Part shown: piece by piece, positions 16,568-27,600 of the stretch | Numbering within the stretch: the first letter of the stretch is position 1 | Layout of the letters: every line of letters starts with the position of its first letter | Position numbers and translations under genes: made by a program | NCBI GenBank assembly: GCA_947384055.1 | Contig: CANDFO010000003.1 | Location: 983-64,982 of the forward strand | Length of the DNA stretch: 64,000 nt | Source of the DNA: an uncultured Flavonifractor sp. | Lineage (GTDB): Bacteria; Bacillota; Clostridia; Oscillospirales; Oscillospiraceae | Direction: 5' to 3' | Notes under the pieces: model-generated | Told to the model about the DNA's origin: nothing | Databases searched by the model: none | What the model saw: the letters and a program-made list of their open reading frames with translations, nothing else

Positions 16568-19500
16568 TCAGCGGAAGTAAGCCGCGCCGCTCTCAAACAG
16601 GGGCTGGTTATGCTCTCCGGGAACATTGACACCCACCCACCGGCCCCGGCGCTCCGAGTGGCCCATCTTGCCGAACACCCGTCCGTCCGGGGAGAAGATA
16701 CCCTCGATACAGGCGGCGGAGCCGTTGGGGTTGACGGCAATATCCATGGAGGGGACCCCATCCGGGTCCACATACTGGGTCGCCACCTGGCCGTTGGCGA
16801 TCAAACCGGCGATAACCGGCCCGGGGGCCACAAACCGGCCCTCTCCGTGGGAGACGGGGATGGTGTGCAGGTCTCCCACCTGGCTCCTGAGCATCCAGGG
16901 GGAGCGCACCGAGGCCACCCGAGTGGTGACATAACGGCTCTGATGACGGCCGATCTCATTGTAGGTGAGGGTGGGGCAGTCCGCATCCATGGGGCGGATC
17001 TCCCCAAAGGGGACCAGTCCCAGCTTCACCAGTGCCTGGAAGCCGTTGCAGATGCCCAGCATCAGTCCGTCCTGCCGGTTCAGCAGCCGGTGCACCGCGT
17101 CGGTGAGCCGCGGGCTTCGGAAGAACGAGCAGATAAATTTGGCGGAACCGTCGGGCTCGTCGCCGCCGGAGAAGCCGCCGGGGAGAATAACCATCTGGGC
17201 ATTTCGGATGGCCGCCTCCAGCGCCAGGGCGGACTCCTCCAGGGCCGCGGCGGTGAGGTTGCGCACCACCACAATCTCCGGGTCAATCCCCGCCCGGATA
17301 CAGGCTCTGGCGGTGTCATACTCGCAGTTGGTGCCGGGAAATACGGGAATCACCGCCCTGGGATGGGCGGACGGATGCCTGCACACCGCCGGAGAGCATT
17401 CCGGCCACGAGATTGGCTCCACTGCCCCCACCGCCTGGGTACGGGTGGGGTAAATATCCTCCAGCACGCCCTCGCTGAGGGCAAGCAGTTCCCGGATGGA
17501 GGCGGCGTCTTCTCCCAGTACGATATCCGCCTCAGCGGTCGTGCGGCCGATTCTGGCCCAAAGTCCCTCCGGATGGCAGTTGTCCAGCTCCTCGGTCAGC
17601 TCGGCGACAATGGCGCCGGGCCGGGCCCTGTGCCATGCCGGGCCGCCCTTATCCAGGGCCCGGAAGCCGATCCGGTTGCCGAAGGACATATTCATCACAG
17701 CCTCGGCCAGGCTGTGCTCCACCGCGTAAGCGGCGGCAATTTTCCCCGCGCGGGCAAGCCGGAGGAACTCCGACCAGACCTTTTTCCGGTCTTCCGCACC
17801 ATTCTCCGGGAACAGGTACACGGGATGCCCCGCCTCCTTAAACTCCGGGGAGAGGACCTCCCCGGCCTGGACAGGGGCAATGGCAAAAGAGATCAGCGTA
17901 GGGGGCACGTCTCTGTCCAGGAAGGAACCGGACATGGAATCCTTGCCGCCGATGGCGGCGCAGCCGTAATCCAGCTGAGCGTCCATGGCCCCCAGCAGGG
18001 CAGAGAAGGGCCTGCCCCAGCGCTCCGGCTCGTCCCGGAGCTTTTCAAAGAATTCCTGAAGGGTCAGATAGGCCTTTCGGTAGTCCGCGCCCGCCGCCAC
18101 CAGCTTGGCAATGGAGACCGTCACCGCGTCATAGGCCCCCGGGTAGGGGTCGGCGGACAGGGCCTCCGGGTCGCAGCCCCAGGCCATTACGCTGGCCTGC
18201 TCCGTCTCCTGTCCCGGAAGGACGGGCAATAGCGCGGCCATTGCCTGGGCGGGGGTAGCCTGATATGTTCCACCATAGGGCATCAGGACCGAGCCTGCGC
18301 CGATGGAGCTGTCGAACCGCTCCACCAGCCCCCGGCGTGAGGCGCAGGACAGGCTGGAGGCGGTTTTACGCAGGTCCAGACTGTGCCGCGGCATCCCGGC
18401 GGTCTGTTCCCCCGCCGGCACCGAGACCCCGGCGTGCTTTACCGCCCCGTTGGTATTGAGAAACGCACGGCTCAGGTCGGCGATGGTCTGTCCTTTCCAG
18501 CGCATGACCATCCGCGGGGCCTCCGTGACTACCGCCACCCGGTAGGCCTCCAGATTTTCCCGCTCCGCCGCGGCGACCAGGGCCTCCTCATCCCGGGGGT
18601 CCACCACCACCGCCATACGCTCCTGGCTCTCAGAGATAGCCAGCTCCGTACCGTCCAGTCCGTCATACTTTTTGCGCACCGCGTCCAGGTTGATTTCCAG
18701 ACCGTCGGCCAGCTCGCCGATGGCCACGCTGACGCCTCCCGCGCCGAAGTCGTTGCACCGCTTGATCAGCCGGGTCACGTCCCCGTTTCGGAACAGCCGC
18801 TGGAGCTTGCGCTCCTCCGGGGCGTTGCCCTTCTGAACCTCGCTGGCCATGGTGTCCAGGCTGGTCAGGTTGTGGCTCTTGGAGGAGCCGGTAGCCCCGC
18901 CGATGCCGTCTCGCCCGGTGCGCCCTCCCAGCAGAATCACCACATCCCCCGGAGCGGGCCGTTCCCGGCGGACATGCTCCGCCGGCGCCGCCGCCGCCAC
19001 TGCGCCGCACTCCAGATGCTTGGCCACATAGCCGTCGTGGTAGAGCTCCGCCACGTGGCCGGTGGCCAGGCCGATCTGGTTGCCGTAGGAAGAGTATCCC
19101 GCGGCGGCGGTCTGGGCAATTTTCCGCTGGGGGAGCTTGCCCTCCAGGGTCCGGTCTAAAGGTGTGCGGGGATCGCCGCAGCCAGTTATGCGCATAGCCT
19201 GGTGGACATAGGCCCGGCCGGACAGGGGGTCCCGGATACACCCGCCGATGCAGGTGGCCGCGCCGCCAAAGGGCTCAATCTCGGTAGGATGGTTGTGGGT
19301 CTCATTTTTGAACATCAGCAGCCAGTCCTGCTCTTCCCCATCCACCACGGCGGGCACATGGATGGAGCATGCGTTGATCTCCTCACTCTCGTCCAGCTCG
19401 GGGAGCTGGCCCCGCTTTTTCAGCACTTTCGCCCCGATGGTGGCAATGTCCATCAGCGTCTGGGGCCGTCCGGCAGCCTTTTCCCCGCCGTAGACCTCCT

Positions 19501-20275
19501 CCCGGGCGGATAAGTACCGCTGATAGGCCCCATACACGGCGGGGTCCTCCACCCGGATGTCCTCCAGATGGGTGGAAAAGGTGGTGTGGCGGCAGTGGTC
19601 GGACCAGTAGGTGTCCACCACCCGCACCTCCGTAAGGGTGGGATCCCGCTGCTCCTGGTCCCGGAAATAGGCCTGCAAAAACTCCAGGTCCCCCAGGTCC
19701 ATGGCCAGGCCGTACTGCTCCAGCAGAGCCTCCAGCGCCGCCCGGTCCAGGGCGCGAAAGCCCTCCAGCACAGGCACCCGCTCCGGGGCGGCGTACTGCT
19801 GCCGCAGTGTCTCCGGCTTGTCCAGCGCGGCTTCCCGGCACTCTACGGGGTTGATCAAATAATGCCGGGCTTTCTCCACCCCGGCTGGGGTAAGATTCCC
19901 CTCCAACACATATACCGAGGCGCAGCGCACCGTGGGGCGCTCCCCGCCGGTCATCATCTGGATACACTGGGCGCAGGAATCCGCCCGCTGGTCGTATTGA
20001 CCGGGCAGAGCCTCCACCGCCAGCAGGGTGTGCGCTCCCGCCGGAGCGGGCATGACCTCGTCCCAGATGTCGTCCACCTGGGGCTCAGACAGGACGGTGG
20101 TCCGGGCGGACTCGTAGACCTGACGGTCCACCCCCTCCACATCATAGCGGGCCAAAATCCGCACCCCGGCAAGGCCGCTCAGCCCCAGGGGACCCCTCAG
20201 CTCCCCCAGGAGTCCCGCCGCTTCCACGGCAAAACCGGGGCGCTTTTCTACAAAACAGCGAAAGACACTTCCCAT
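16568..20275 (-). CDS. purL: Phosphoribosylformylglycinamidine (FGAM) synthase, single-chain large form
   Basis: About 1235 aa from MGSVFRCFVEKRPGF. It has AIR-synthase-like domains (NHPTEIEPFGGAATCIGG, DFGAGGVSVAIGE) and a C-terminal glutaminase domain (GICNGFQAL...HGEGRF). Confidence 0.92.
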   Translation of the reverse strand: MGSVFRCFVEKRPGFAVEAAGLLGELRGPLGLSGLAGVRILARYDVEGVDRQVYESARTTVLSEPQVDDIWDEVMPAPAGAHTLLAVEALPGQYDQRADSCAQCIQMMTGGERPTVRCASVYVLEGNLTPAGVEKARHYLINPVECREAALDKPETLRQQYAAPERVPVLEGFRALDRAALEALLEQYGLAMDLGDLEFLQAYFRDQEQRDPTLTEVRVVDTYWSDHCRHTTFSTHLEDIRVEDPAVYGAYQRYLSAREEVYGGEKAAGRPQTLMDIATIGAKVLKKRGQLPELDESEEINACSIHVPAVVDGEEQDWLLMFKNETHNHPTEIEPFGGAATCIGGCIRDPLSGRAYVHQAMRITGCGDPRTPLDRTLEGKLPQRKIAQTAAAGYSSYGNQIGLATGHVAELYHDGYVAKHLECGAVAAAAPAEHVRRERPAPGDVVILLGGRTGRDGIGGATGSSKSHNLTSLDTMASEVQKGNAPEERKLQRLFRNGDVTRLIKRCNDFGAGGVSVAIGELADGLEINLDAVRKKYDGLDGTELAISESQERMAVVVDPRDEEALVAAAERENLEAYRVAVVTEAPRMVMRWKGQTIADLSRAFLNTNGAVKHAGVSVPAGEQTAGMPRHSLDLRKTASSLSCASRRGLVERFDSSIGAGSVLMPYGGTYQATPAQAMAALLPVLPGQETEQASVMAWGCDPEALSADPYPGAYDAVTVSIAKLVAAGADYRKAYLTLQEFFEKLRDEPERWGRPFSALLGAMDAQLDYGCAAIGGKDSMSGSFLDRDVPPTLISFAIAPVQAGEVLSPEFKEAGHPVYLFPENGAEDRKKVWSEFLRLARAGKIAAAYAVEHSLAEAVMNMSFGNRIGFRALDKGGPAWHRARPGAIVAELTEELDNCHPEGLWARIGRTTAEADIVLGEDAASIRELLALSEGVLEDIYPTRTQAVGAVEPISWPECSPAVCRHPSAHPRAVIPVFPGTNCEYDTARACIRAGIDPEIVVVRNLTAAALEESALALEAAIRNAQMVILPGGFSGGDEPDGSAKFICSFFRSPRLTDAVHRLLNRQDGLMLGICNGFQALVKLGLVPFGEIRPMDADCPTLTYNEIGRHQSRYVTTRVASVRSPWMLRSQVGDLHTIPVSHGEGRFVAPGPVIAGLIANGQVATQYVDPDGVPSMDIAVNPNGSAACIEGIFSPDGRVFGKMGHSERRGRWVGVNVPGEHNQPLFESGAAYFR

Positions 20276-20367
20276 GGACAAACTCCCCCTATCGGTTTTG
20301 GAGACGCGGCCTCCGCCCGCAGGCGTGCGGATGGAGGCCGCTTTGTCGGTTCTCTTATAGTCAAAGC

Positions 20368-20423
20368 GGTTCAAAAGGAGCAAATCGCTCCTTTTGAACC
20401 CTGCGGCGAAAATCGCCGCAGGG
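20368..20423. repeat. Two abutting perfect palindromes upstream of purL
   Basis: GGTTCAAAAGGAGC-aaatc-GCTCCTTTTGAACC (14 bp arms) is immediately followed by, and shares CC with, CCCTGCGGCGA-aaa-TCGCCGCAGGG (11 bp arms). Confidence 0.6.
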
Positions 20424-20507
20424 ACCGTTCATGCGGCCCTGCTTTGGACTTCATAGACACCGCTGGCGTGCATTGCACGCTCCAGTGGGCCATTAGCCCA
20501 CTGAAGG

Positions 20508-20530
20508 AAAAAGCGCATGTTGCGCTTTTT
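20508..20530 (-). terminator. Short intrinsic terminator right after the family-5 SBP gene
   Basis: On the minus strand: TGA-AAA-AGCGCA-aca-TGCGCT-TTTTCC. Confidence 0.5.
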
Positions 20531-22086
20531 CAACTGCGGCGGCTATATCGCGCGATATTCCACTGGGCAAAATTGTCAAAGATATTTTGCTGGGTGGGCG
20601 TCAGGCCGGAAATCTGCTTCCATTGGATAAGCACCGACCAGTTTTTAAAGCAGAGCACCACAAACGGAGGGTCCTCCGCCAGACGGCGGTAGAGATTTTT
20701 GGCGGCCAGGGTGCGGGCCTGGCCGGAGGCCGCCCGAAAGCTATCCAGCGCCTCCTGCACCTGAGGCGCGGCATAGCCGCCGTAGTTCAGCACGCCGCCG
20801 GGGGCCATCAGCGCCGAGGGGTCAAAGTCCGCAGTCATACGCACCTCTCCCAAATAGAGGTCAAATTCCCCCCGGCTCAGGGCCTCCAGATAGCTCTCCC
20901 AAGGCAGGCGGCGGACCGTTACGGCCATCCCCAGATTTTTCAGCGTCTCCGCCATCTGCTCGGCCAGGGCAACCCGCCCGGCGTTGTCGCCGGAGACCAC
21001 CAGGGTCAGCTCCAGCCGCTCCTGCCCCTTCTGCCGCACACCGTCCTCCCCCTCGGGGAGCCAGCCGCCGGCAGACAGAATCTCTTCCGCCTCAGCCGGG
21101 GAGAAGGACATGGCCTGGGCCACATCATCGTGGTAGAGCACGCTGCCGGGAGCCGCGGGCAGAGCCGCAGGTACGGCGTGCCGGGCCAGCAGAACAGAAG
21201 TCATAACCTCTCGGTCCGCCGCCCGCTGAAGAGCACGGCGGACCGCGCTGTCCCGGCAGGGGCCCCGCTCCGTCTGGAATCCCACAAATACCATGGTGCT
21301 GGTGGGATAGTCGATGGTCTCATAGCTCCCGGAAAAGCCCAGGGCGCTGCTTCCGGTCAGGTCGGTGGACACCAGGGCCACGGCGCGGGTATCGAAGGCC
21401 TGAATCAATTCATCCGCCGCCTGGACGCCGTACAGGGGAATGACCTCCCTGGGCAGTGTACCCGCCCGGTCCGGCCGGGCTCGGAGCCGGAGTCCCTCTT
21501 CCGTCTCCTCCAGCAGGTAGGGTCCTGTGCCCAAGGGCCGCTCCCCGCCGCCTTTGGAGATGGGGATGTCCAGCAGGGCGGGCAGATTGCCGTTGGGCGT
21601 CCGGAGGGTGATTGTCACACTTCCCTCTCCCGGCCGGACCGCCGTCACATCCGCCAGCCGGGAGGCGTAGAGGGGGCTGGTTCTGGCCTCCTCCAGCGCG
21701 GCGGCGGCGACGGCGGCGGTAAGGGGGCTCCCATCGGAAAAGGACACGTCCGGCTTCAGTACAAAAGTCCAGGCGCGGGCATCCTCCGAGACGGTATAAC
21801 TCTGACAGAGCACCGGCCGCACCTGAAACTGCTGGTCCAGAGCAAAGAGTCCCTCATAGAGCAGGCCACCCAGGTTCAGATTGGTGCGGTTGTCCCCGGC
21901 GGCGGGGTGAAAGCTGCTGCCGGGGTAACTGGCCAGTGCAAACTCTACAGGCTCCGGCGCCGGGGACGCGCTGGGCGTGGGGGTGGGAAGCGGCGCGGGC
22001 GGCGGCGGAGTCTCTTCCCCGCAGGCCGCCAGCACAAGCAGGCAGGCGGCCAGCAGGACACACAGCCGCAGTCTGTACCGTCCCAC
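20530..22086 (-). CDS. ABC transporter substrate-binding lipoprotein, family 5 (peptide/nickel type)
   Basis: 518 aa with signal peptide plus lipobox (LLVLAACGEE), a Pro/Thr-rich linker and a family-5 SBP-like body. No cognate permease genes are adjacent. Confidence 0.75.
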   Translation of the reverse strand: MGRYRLRLCVLLAACLLVLAACGEETPPPPAPLPTPTPSASPAPEPVEFALASYPGSSFHPAAGDNRTNLNLGGLLYEGLFALDQQFQVRPVLCQSYTVSEDARAWTFVLKPDVSFSDGSPLTAAVAAAALEEARTSPLYASRLADVTAVRPGEGSVTITLRTPNGNLPALLDIPISKGGGERPLGTGPYLLEETEEGLRLRARPDRAGTLPREVIPLYGVQAADELIQAFDTRAVALVSTDLTGSSALGFSGSYETIDYPTSTMVFVGFQTERGPCRDSAVRRALQRAADREVMTSVLLARHAVPAALPAAPGSVLYHDDVAQAMSFSPAEAEEILSAGGWLPEGEDGVRQKGQERLELTLVVSGDNAGRVALAEQMAETLKNLGMAVTVRRLPWESYLEALSRGEFDLYLGEVRMTADFDPSALMAPGGVLNYGGYAAPQVQEALDSFRAASGQARTLAAKNLYRRLAEDPPFVVLCFKNWSVLIQWKQISGLTPTQQNIFDNFAQWNIARYSRRS

Positions 22087-22090
22087 GGCT

Positions 22091-22903
22091 TTACACCAGG
22101 GCGATCATCGCCGCCTGACTGCCCCGCTTCCCCTGCGTCACCCGGTGCGACCAGTACTTTTCCGGCATGCAGGCGGTGCAGTCGGGCGAGACGGCGATAT
22201 GCTCTTCCAAAACGCCCGCCGCCTCCAGCCGTTTGGCGTTGAGTCCCTTTAAGTCCAGGCGGAATTTCCCGGTGGGGAGCACCTCGATAAATTGCAGGGC
22301 AGAGGCGCCCAAGGCCTCCGTCATGGCGTTAGGGACATCCTCGTGGGTCTCGAAGCAGCACTTGGAGATGCCCGGCCCGATGGCCGCCAGAATGTCCTCC
22401 CGACGGCAGCCAAAACAGTCGTTCATCCGCTCCACCGTCCGGGTGACGATGCCCAGGGAGGTGCCCCGCCAGCCCGCGTGGACCGCCCCCACTGCCCGAC
22501 GGACCGGGTCGTAGAGAAGAATGGGCAGGCAGTCGGCGGAGAAAACCGTCAGCGCCAGACCGGGGACGTCGGTGATGAGGGCGTCGGCCTCATAGTCCAC
22601 CGGCCTGTTCAGACCTTTTCCGGTGTCCGCCGTGGTGACGACCCGCACACCGCAGCCGTGAACCTGGCAGGAAAAGACAAGCTTGTCCGGGTCGGTCCCG
22701 ACGGCGGCACAGAAACGGCGGTAATTTTCCCGCACATGCTCCGGCGCGTCCCCGCGGCTGGTCCCCAGGTTCAACGAGGCGTAAATTCCCTCCGATACGC
22801 CGCCCAGCCGGGTGGAGAATCCGTGGGCTGCGCCTCCGTCTGACTGAATTCCGTCCGCGGTCAGGTATACGAGGCCGTTTACGTTTTGTTCCGTAATGTT
22901 CAT
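22091..22903 (-). CDS. pgeF: Peptidoglycan editing factor PgeF (YfiH/DUF152, laccase-domain protein)
   Basis: Start at MNITEQNVNG, preceded by AGGAG. Conserved motifs are HGFSTR.GGVS, QVHG, DALIT, ADCLPILLYD and HAGWRG. Confidence 0.85.
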   Translation of the reverse strand: MNITEQNVNGLVYLTADGIQSDGGAAHGFSTRLGGVSEGIYASLNLGTSRGDAPEHVRENYRRFCAAVGTDPDKLVFSCQVHGCGVRVVTTADTGKGLNRPVDYEADALITDVPGLALTVFSADCLPILLYDPVRRAVGAVHAGWRGTSLGIVTRTVERMNDCFGCRREDILAAIGPGISKCCFETHEDVPNAMTEALGASALQFIEVLPTGKFRLDLKGLNAKRLEAAGVLEEHIAVSPDCTACMPEKYWSHRVTQGKRGSQAAMIALV

Positions 22904-22967
22904 AGAAGAACTCCTTCTGATGGGGTGGAAACAGGATTGACGCCGCTGGAACCACAAAAATACAGTG

Positions 22968-25715
22968 TCAATCCGTCTCGTGGAGGCCACAGCATTTTTT
23001 ATACTTCTTGCCGCTTCCGCAGGGACAGGGGTCGTTGCGCCCCGGCTTTTTGGCCTTTTTCACAGGCTGCTTTTTGACGGTCTGGTCCCCGCCGGCGCTC
23101 TCGCCGGTGACTTTTGCCACCCGCTCCCGCTTGACGCTGGAGCCGGTCTGGATACGGGCCAGATATACTCTGCGGAGGGTCTCCTCCTGGATGGCGGCGA
23201 TCATCTGCTCGAACATCTCATAGCCTTCGCGCTTGTACTCCACTACCGGGTCGCTCTGGCCGTAGGCCCGCAGACCGATGCCCTGGCGCAGCTCGGTCAT
23301 ATTGTCCAGGTGGTCCATCCAGTACTCGTCCACCACCCGGAGCATCATCACCCGCTCCAGCTCCCGCATCAGGGGCTCCCCCAAGGCCTTTTCCTTCTGG
23401 GCGTAGAGCTCCGCCGCCCGGCCGTGGAGCAGGTTAATCAGCCCCTCCGCGTCGTACTGTTCCAGCTCCCGGTCACTGAATTTAAACTCATCCGGCCGCA
23501 GAAACACCCCCCGGAACTGGGCGCAGGTCTCCCGCCAGCCCTCGGCATCCATGTGCTTGAGCTCCCCCATATGGGCCTGGACCTCATTAGAGATAACGGT
23601 GGTGAGCATGTTCTGTACCGACTCCTGGAGGTTTTCGCCGTCCAGCACCTTCCGGCGCTGCTCATAAATCACCTTTCGCTGGGTGTTCATCACATCGTCG
23701 TACTCCAGCACCGTTTTACGGGTCTGAAAGTTCCGGGATTCCACCTGTTTTTGGGCGTTTTCGATGGCTCCGGAGAGAATCTTGGCGTCAATGGGGGTGT
23801 CCTCGTCCACGCCCATGCGCTCCATCATGCCCATCACCCGCTCGGAGCCGAACAGCCGCATGATATCGTCCTCCAGGGACAGGAAGAAGCGGCTCTCGCC
23901 GGGGTCCCCCTGGCGGCCGGCCCGGCCGCGGAGCTGATTGTCAATGCGGCGGGATTCGTGCCGCTCCGTGCCCAGAATAAACAGCCCCCCGGCCTCCCGG
24001 ACCCGGTCGGCCTCCGCTTTGATCTCGTCCTTGTACCTGGCCTCCGCCTCGGCATACCGCCGCCGGGCGTCCAGGATCTCCTGATTGCCGGTCTCCGCGA
24101 AGCCGGTGGCCTCGGCAATCAGCTCGTCGCTGAGACCGGCCTTGCGCAGGTCCGCCTTGGCCAGGAACTCCGCGTTGCCCCCCAGCATGATATCAGTGCC
24201 GCGGCCCGCCATGTTGGTGGCCACCGTCACCGCTCCGAACTTGCCCGCCTGGGCCACAATTTCCGCCTCTTTCTCGTGGAACTTGGCGTTCAGAACATTG
24301 TGCTTGATGCCCTTGCGCCTGAGCATGGCGGAGAGCTGCTCCGACTTCTCAATGGAGATGGTGCCCACCAGCACGGGCTGCCCCTTTTCGTGGCAGGCCG
24401 CAATCTGCTCCACAATGGCCCGGAGCTTGCCCGCCTCATTTTTATAGACCACGTCCGGGTTGTCCTTCCGGGCCAGGGGCTTGTTGGTGGGAATCTCCAC
24501 AATGTCCAGGGCGTAGATAGTGCCAAACTCCTCCTCCTCGGTCATGGCGGTGCCCGTCATGCCGGAGAGCTTATTGTACAGGCGGAAGTAGTTCTGGAAG
24601 GTGATGGTGGCCAGAGTTTTGGATTCCCGGGCCACCTCCACCCGCTCCTTGGCCTCAATCGCCTGGTGAAGGCCCTCGGAGTACCTGCGTCCATACATCA
24701 GGCGTCCGGTAAACTCGTCTACGATGATAACCTCTCCATCCTTGACCACGTAGTCGATGTCCCGTTTCATCAGGCCCCGGGCGCGGATGGCCTGGTTGAT
24801 GTGGTGGGAGAGGGTGGTATTCTCCGGGTCGGCCAGGTTTTCCAGCTGGAACTGCTGCTCCGCCTTGGCCACACCCCGGGCGGTAAGGGTGACGGTGCGG
24901 GCTTTTTCGTCCACAATATAGTCGGCGTCCAGGTTGGGGTCCTCCTCCTCCTTGGCGTCCACGCTGGTGACGCGCTGACCCTTCAGCCGGGAGACAAAGG
25001 AGTCCACAATGGTATAGAGCTGGGTGGACTTGTCTCCCTGGCCGGAGATGATGAGGGGGGTGCGGGCCTCGTCAATGAGGATGGAGTCCACCTCGTCCAC
25101 AATGGCGAAGGCATGGCCCCGCTGGACCATCTCGCTGGCATAGATGGCCATGTTGTCCCGCAGGTAGTCAAAGCCGAACTCGTTGTTGGTGCCATAGGTG
25201 ATATCGGCGTCGTAGGAGGCCTTGCGCTCCCTGGGGTTCACGTCATGGATCACCAGCCCCACGGTGAGGCCCATAAAGCGGTAGACCTTGCCCATCCACT
25301 CGCTGTCGCGCTTGGCCAGGTAATCGTTGACGGTGACGATGTGGACGCCCTCCCCCGCCAGAGCGTTCAGATAGGCGGGCAGGGTGGCCACCAGCGTTTT
25401 GCCCTCGCCGGTTTTCATCTCGGCGATGCGCCCCTGGTGGAGGATAATGCCGCCGATGAGCTGCACCCGGTAGGGCTTCATCCCCAGCACCCGCCAGGCC
25501 GCCTCCCGGCAGGCGGCAAAGGCCTCCGGCAGAAGGTCGTCCAGGGTCTCGCCGTTTTTCAGGCGCTCTTTAAATTCCGGCGTCTTGGCCTGGAGCTGCT
25601 GGTCGGTCAGGGCGGAGTACTCCCCCTCCAGTGCTTCAATCCTGTCCGCAATAGGCTTGACCGACCGCAGCTCCTTCTCCGAGGTGGTGCCGAATAGCTT
25701 TTTCAAAAGTCCCAT
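22968..25715 (-). CDS. secA: Preprotein translocase ATPase SecA
   Basis: 915 aa with DEAD-like motor motifs ([39 protein letters not shown]) and a C-terminal zinc finger ([14 protein letters not shown]). Confidence 0.96.
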   Translation of the reverse strand: MGLLKKLFGTTSEKELRSVKPIADRIEALEGEYSALTDQQLQAKTPEFKERLKNGETLDDLLPEAFAACREAAWRVLGMKPYRVQLIGGIILHQGRIAEMKTGEGKTLVATLPAYLNALAGEGVHIVTVNDYLAKRDSEWMGKVYRFMGLTVGLVIHDVNPRERKASYDADITYGTNNEFGFDYLRDNMAIYASEMVQRGHAFAIVDEVDSILIDEARTPLIISGQGDKSTQLYTIVDSFVSRLKGQRVTSVDAKEEEDPNLDADYIVDEKARTVTLTARGVAKAEQQFQLENLADPENTTLSHHINQAIRARGLMKRDIDYVVKDGEVIIVDEFTGRLMYGRRYSEGLHQAIEAKERVEVARESKTLATITFQNYFRLYNKLSGMTGTAMTEEEEFGTIYALDIVEIPTNKPLARKDNPDVVYKNEAGKLRAIVEQIAACHEKGQPVLVGTISIEKSEQLSAMLRRKGIKHNVLNAKFHEKEAEIVAQAGKFGAVTVATNMAGRGTDIMLGGNAEFLAKADLRKAGLSDELIAEATGFAETGNQEILDARRRYAEAEARYKDEIKAEADRVREAGGLFILGTERHESRRIDNQLRGRAGRQGDPGESRFFLSLEDDIMRLFGSERVMGMMERMGVDEDTPIDAKILSGAIENAQKQVESRNFQTRKTVLEYDDVMNTQRKVIYEQRRKVLDGENLQESVQNMLTTVISNEVQAHMGELKHMDAEGWRETCAQFRGVFLRPDEFKFSDRELEQYDAEGLINLLHGRAAELYAQKEKALGEPLMRELERVMMLRVVDEYWMDHLDNMTELRQGIGLRAYGQSDPVVEYKREGYEMFEQMIAAIQEETLRRVYLARIQTGSSVKRERVAKVTGESAGGDQTVKKQPVKKAKKPGRNDPCPCGSGKKYKKCCGLHETD

Positions 25716-25931
25716 GGCTGTTCACCTTTCCCATGTCAGGGCCCGGCCGGGGCCGGACTGCCTGATGCTAAACTGATTCAGCTTACAAGTATAGCATACT
25801 TCCCCACAATAAAAAAGGGGAAATTGTGAACAAGGCCCTATATGGCTCTATCTCTCAGCCGGGACCACGGTCCGGGCGGGAATTTTCCCGCCGGAGAGCG
25901 CTCCCGGCTATGGCGGCGGGCATACCGCTCC

Positions 25932-27353
25932 TCAGCCCCCTGCCGGCTCTCCGGTAAGGGACCATTTGTTGGCCCCGGTGATAACAATGTCCAGAAAGCG
26001 GCCTGCCAGCTCCTCTCCCCCCTGGAGGCGCACCAGGCGGTTGCCCGGCGTCCGGGCGGTAAGTCCCTTCTCGTCCGCCCCATCCACCAGGCACCGCAGG
26101 GTTTTCCCAATATACGCGGCGTGCTTCTCCTCAGAAATTTTGTCCTGCACGGCTACCAGCCGCTGAAAATGGGCGGCCTTCTCCTCCCGGGGCATCGGGT
26201 CGGGCATGGAGGCGGCGGGAGTTCCCTTTCGGGGGGAAAAAATAAAGGTAAACAGAGCGTCAAAGCGCACCTCTTCGATTAAGCTCAGTGTCTCTTCAAA
26301 TTCCCCGGCGGTCTCCCCGGGGAAACCCACAATCACGTCGGAGGTCAGCACGATATCAGGGATCAGCGCCCGCAGCGCCGCCACCTTTTCCAGATAGCCC
26401 TCCCTGGTGTAGCGGCGGTTCATAGCCTCCAGCACCCGGGTGCTCCCGGACTGGAAGGGCAGGTGGAAGTGCGGGGCGGCCTTTTCGCACTCCGCCATGG
26501 CCTTAAAGAGCTCCTGGGACGCGTCCTTGGGGTGACTGGTCATAAACCGCAGCAGAAATTCCCCGGGAATCTCGTTGGCCGCCCGGAGCAGGCCAGCGAA
26601 ATCCATGCCACCCGCCAAATCTGCTCCGTAGGAGTTGACGTTCTGTCCCAGCAGAGTGATGTCCCGGCAGCCCGCCTGGACCAGCTCCCGGATTTCGGCC
26701 AAAATATCCTCCGGCGCGCGGCTCCGCTCCCGGCCCCGGACATAGGGGACGATGCAGTAGGAGCAGAAATTATTACACCCGTACATAACCGGCACCCAGG
26801 CCTTTACCCCCTCCTGACGCACCACGGGGATGCCCTCGGCGATGGCGCCGGCGCTGAGGTCGGTGTCGAAAATGCGCCCCCGCCGGGTGAGCAGACGGTG
26901 GAACAGCTCCGGAAAACGCCAGAGGGCCTGGGGCCCAAAGACCAGGTCCACCTGGCGGTAGGAACGCTTCAAGGTCTCCGCCGTGTGGGGCTCCTGGGCC
27001 ATGCAGCCGCAGACGCAGATAAGCTGTCCCGGCTTCTCCCGCTTGGTGTGGACCAGCGCGCCCACCGCACCCAGCACCCGGTGCTCGGCGTGCTCCCGGA
27101 TGGCGCAGGTGTTGAGAATAATCACGTCGGCCTCCGCCGGGCTTTGAGTAAACGCGTAACCCATTTCGGCCAAATACCCCCGCAGCCGCTCCGTATCGGC
27201 CTCATTCTGCTGGCAGCCGTAAGTCTGGGTGCAGGCCAGGGGAGGGCCGCCCGGACGGGCGCTGTGAAGCGCCCGGATTTCTGCGCAGAAGCGCAGCTGG
27301 CGGCAGATATCCTCCCGGCTGATCTTCTGTGTGCTCCTGTGTTCTTCAAGCAT
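25932..27353 (-). CDS. miaB: tRNA (N6-isopentenyl-A37) methylthiotransferase MiaB
   Basis: Start at MLEEHRSTQ. It has the UPF0004 domain cysteines (YGCQQNEAD..NTCAIRE), the radical-SAM CxxxCxxC motif (GCNNFCSYCIVP) and a C-terminal TRAM domain. Confidence 0.88.
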   Translation of the reverse strand: MLEEHRSTQKISREDICRQLRFCAEIRALHSARPGGPPLACTQTYGCQQNEADTERLRGYLAEMGYAFTQSPAEADVIILNTCAIREHAEHRVLGAVGALVHTKREKPGQLICVCGCMAQEPHTAETLKRSYRQVDLVFGPQALWRFPELFHRLLTRRGRIFDTDLSAGAIAEGIPVVRQEGVKAWVPVMYGCNNFCSYCIVPYVRGRERSRAPEDILAEIRELVQAGCRDITLLGQNVNSYGADLAGGMDFAGLLRAANEIPGEFLLRFMTSHPKDASQELFKAMAECEKAAPHFHLPFQSGSTRVLEAMNRRYTREGYLEKVAALRALIPDIVLTSDVIVGFPGETAGEFEETLSLIEEVRFDALFTFIFSPRKGTPAASMPDPMPREEKAAHFQRLVAVQDKISEEKHAAYIGKTLRCLVDGADEKGLTARTPGNRLVRLQGGEELAGRFLDIVITGANKWSLTGEPAGG

Positions 27354-27600
27354 GCTATCTACTCCTGTTCTGGGCGCCTGTCCCGTGTCCCGGCATGTAT
27401 AGAGCGGGGCGAAAACAGGCTTTGACATAGGGGCGGGGCAGGGCAACCTGCCCCGCACTGAAACGGCAAAAGCGCCGCGGAACCGGCGATTCCATGGCGT
27501 GATTATATCAGGTTTTTTTGAAAAGGACAACGGTGAGCACGCAGAAGGCGGAAAAAGCGGGCGCACCCTTTTTTAGGATGCGCCCGCCCGGGCCCTCGGA

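Noticed and set aside
22965-25697. A 910-aa ORF on the + strand covering the whole secA locus
   Set aside because: It lies exactly antisense to a textbook SecA (915 aa with all motifs). Its translation is low-complexity and rich in Gly, Leu, His, Pro and Val, with no recognisable domain. This is a typical stop-codon-poor shadow frame in high-GC DNA.
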